From an uncultured Acidobacteriota bacterium (GTDB lineage: Bacteria; Acidobacteriota; Terriglobia; Acidiferrales; UBA7541): a stretch of 64,000 nt of DNA. Below the pieces are notes generated by a model. That model ran no database searches. It saw only the letters and a program-made list of their open reading frames with translations, and had not been told where the DNA came from. A program made the position numbers and the translations under genes. The stretch is from NCBI GenBank assembly GCA_963696715.1, contig CAVOLC010000004.1, forward strand, positions 13,616 to 77,615. Reading direction: 5' to 3'. Shown piece after piece: positions 62,002 through 64,000 of the stretch (the first letter of the stretch is position 1; the number at the start of each line of letters is the position of its first letter).

Positions 62002-62220
62002 TCACGTTACCGCCCATCGAAAGAATCGATTGCTGCAATCCTCCCATCGAAATGGAACTACGGCCAGGATTTTTAACCAGCGTTCAACGATTCCGTGCCG
62101 ACGCGACCTGCACAGGAACCCGCCTCCACACTTAGGGCATGATCGTTCGATTTTCCGATCCATTTTTGTTCCTCTTGAAATGAATGCCATCCTCCTACCA
62201 GGTTCGGAGTGCGGACTCAT
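62002..62220 (-). CDS. Small zinc-ribbon-like hypothetical protein
   Basis: CPKCGGG...RSRRHGIVERWL...PFRWEDCSNRFF resembles a two-knuckle zinc ribbon whose second CxxC is degenerate. It may start at the internal Met (62163). It overlaps the upstream ORF by ATGA. Confidence 0.4.
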   Translation of the reverse strand: MSPHSEPGRRMAFISRGTKMDRKIERSCPKCGGGFLCRSRRHGIVERWLKILAVVPFRWEDCSNRFFRWAVT

Positions 62221-62465
62221 TCAATGTCTACAAACCTGCGGTCTCCGAGAAGTTCAGGTTCGGTTTGCCGCTCGATTGGCGAAAGTTTCCGATGAACCTT
62301 AATTAGCTGGCTCAGGAAATAGGTAGAACGATGCCCATTTTCGCAACGGGCCGGATAGGTTGTTTTGGGAGCGAAGATTTCTTCCTGCCTGTCCATTCTA
62401 ATTATCGCAGCGACCGCAATTTCTTCGCACAGGTCGCACCTGAAGCTAAGATAGTACGATGCCAT
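62217..62465 (-). CDS. Small hypothetical protein (82 aa)
   Basis: RBS GAGGAAA lies upstream. It contains Cys/His pairs (CDLCEE...CENGH). Confidence 0.45.
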   Translation of the reverse strand: MASYYLSFRCDLCEEIAVAAIIRMDRQEEIFAPKTTYPARCENGHRSTYFLSQLIKVHRKLSPIERQTEPELLGDRRFVDIE

Positions 62466-62539
62466 GTTGCTTTCCTCTGTAGCGTGCGAAGGTCTACCGA
62501 AGGCCCTCGAAGGGCAGCCGCTTAAGTTCCGCTTTGTCG

Positions 62540-62782
62540 CTAAATTTTCTCTTCACGTTTGAGTTCGCCGACTGCGCTCTTCTCCCCCTCAAGTTTCAAA
62601 ACATCCAAGGCCGATAGCGCGCGTTGCATATCCGCGCGCTCATCCCGGGATATATGTTGGTAATCCTCAAAGACGTGCGCATTGATTGCGAGTTCGGCGG
62701 CTTTCGCACGAGCACCGAGTTTCTCCCGGTCTAACTCAAAAACAGCAGCCTGGTACAAAGTCCGCCAATGACTTTCAGACAT
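62540..62782 (-). CDS. Small hypothetical protein (80 aa), paralogue of 63226-63441
   Basis: RBS AAGGAG lies 9 nt upstream of the ATG at 62782. The N-terminus MSESHWRTLYQAAVFELDREKLGARAKAAELAI aligns with MNQTEWYAIYAAALSECNLANLPTRIREAETAI. Confidence 0.55.
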   Translation of the reverse strand: MSESHWRTLYQAAVFELDREKLGARAKAAELAINAHVFEDYQHISRDERADMQRALSALDVLKLEGEKSAVGELKREEKI

Positions 62783-62914
62783 GTGCTGGAGCTCCTTGTT
62801 CCTGTCAGTTCGATCTCGTTTGCTACGGTAAAGCCGTCCGCGAAAGTCCTTCTTAATGACAGTGCGGCGATGATTAGCCGCATCCGTGAGAATGTTGATG
62901 CAGCGCAAAATCGA

Positions 62915-63150
62915 TTACAACCTGTCTTGCCAGCGGAACACACCTTCCGCGGTACTGCGAGACTTGTGATTTACTCGAAACACTTCAGATTGGAGAACGG
63001 GCTTATTGCCGAATGCCGCGCTGGCGATCCCGCTGAGCGTTGCGAGGTGTTCTTCCTCGCGGACGATCAGATACCCCTCGTCGTCAATCTGTATGCCGGA
63101 CGAAATCCGGTCGCCGAGTTTGGTATCGAGTGGTTCCCCTTCTCTGCCAT
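62915..63150 (-). pseudogene. Small gene with an apparent frameshift
   Basis: GAGGAG-taaaa-ATG (63150) opens a frame that stops after 27 codons. An adjacent frame with no start codon stays open to the TAA at 62915-62917 (…KLGDRISSGIQIDDEGYLIVREEEHLATLSGIASAAFGNKPVLQSEVFRVNHK…). Confidence 0.35.
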
Positions 63151-63225
63151 TTTTACTCCTCTGCCGATTAAGTGTTCGGCGTTGTCAGCGATGAACGAAT
63201 GTGATCGAGCGGTTTGGTTGCCCGG

Positions 63226-63441
63226 TCAGAGGTGACGTAGGAGAGGCTTTTGCAATGTGCGCAGACCGAATAGGGCATCTGAAAGCAACTCTCACTCGTG
63301 GCACGAATCGGAGTCTTCAGCCAGACCCTGGACTCGGATGAAGATAGCAGTTTCCGCTTCGCGGATTCGCGTGGGAAGATTAGCGAGATTGCATTCACTA
63401 AGGGCGGCTGCGTATATAGCGTACCATTCGGTTTGATTCAT
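63226..63441 (-). pseudogene. Paralogue of the 62540-62782 small protein, interrupted by an in-frame TGA
   Basis: The ATG at 63441 (RBS GAGGTG) gives 49 codons, then TGA (63292-63294). The same frame continues ELLSDALFGLRTLQKPLLRHL to the TGA at 63226-63228, matching the family's C-terminal ...A..DAL..L..L pattern. Confidence 0.45.
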
Positions 63442-64000
63442 TTAACACCTCGGCCAAATGCTTTGACACAACACGAGACTTTTGGTAGTGCCATAAGGCT
63501 GTGGGTCCTGTACCCAGCGGCGAATGCTGTCTGATTTCGCAGGGAGCCGTAGGTGGAGGGCATGCTTACGGCAGGATGCTAGTGAGACACTTCGACCGTA
63601 CTCGTTTTGATGCCGGAAAGCTACCACAAACGACTGAAGCTAATAGGCGAAGGGCCGAGATGTGTGAAACCCTAAATCCAATTCGTTAGGGATTTATGCC
63701 AGTGCGCCAAATCAGCTGAGCTGTTGTTCTTAGCGTGCTTGTCACGTGGTGACTTTCTGGCAGAAACCATGCCTGAGTGATTCTGGTCAGGCCATTTAAA
63801 TTTCTTAAGGGAAGTTCGCGGCTACATACGTGTTGGGTGAATCGTCGATGAACCTCAACCTGATGCTGTTCTTGCTGTGTCAGATTTTTCGGATTTGGAA
63901 ACGTCCACGAACAAGCAGTGCATGCGAAACATTCGCCATCAAATGGCCTCTGGTCCGCACCAAAGCCACGGGTACCGGAATGAGCGTTCCTACTTCTTCG

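Overview
This 64-kb chromosomal segment looks like Acidobacteriota. That is an inference from gene families: a CarboxypepD_reg-type 1164-aa TonB receptor, Hanks kinases fused to TPR or beta-propeller domains, and a VWFA 'acidobacterial' protein. The complete 16S gene in the window can confirm it.

Core genes include sthA (partial), a giant Ig-repeat lipoprotein, an LdtD/MepK-like pair, aminopeptidase N, a PIG-L deacetylase, mtnA, uvrA and a GT9 heptosyltransferase.

The window is rich in mobile and repetitive DNA:
- A ~21-kb block (5.1-26.4 kb) is bounded by a 118-bp imperfect direct repeat made of the upstream region plus the 5' half of tRNA-Ile(GAU). It ends in a rep-xis-int module next to the intact tRNA.
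- There are three IS elements: ISNCY/IS1202-like with a 19-bp duplication, IS110/IS1111-like with a long 3' non-coding end, and IS481.
- A class C group II intron sits directly behind a terminator.
- A serine-recombinase fragment overlaps tRNA-Asn.
- There are three families of short repeats. In one of them a ~200-bp inverted-repeat-bounded core lies in opposite orientations between the same conserved flanks.

The 16S rRNA gene appears unlinked from 23S, with its own promoter candidate, leader/trailer stem and terminator. No CRISPR array and no recognisable defence operon was found. All protein calls come from motif recognition by eye; no database search was possible.
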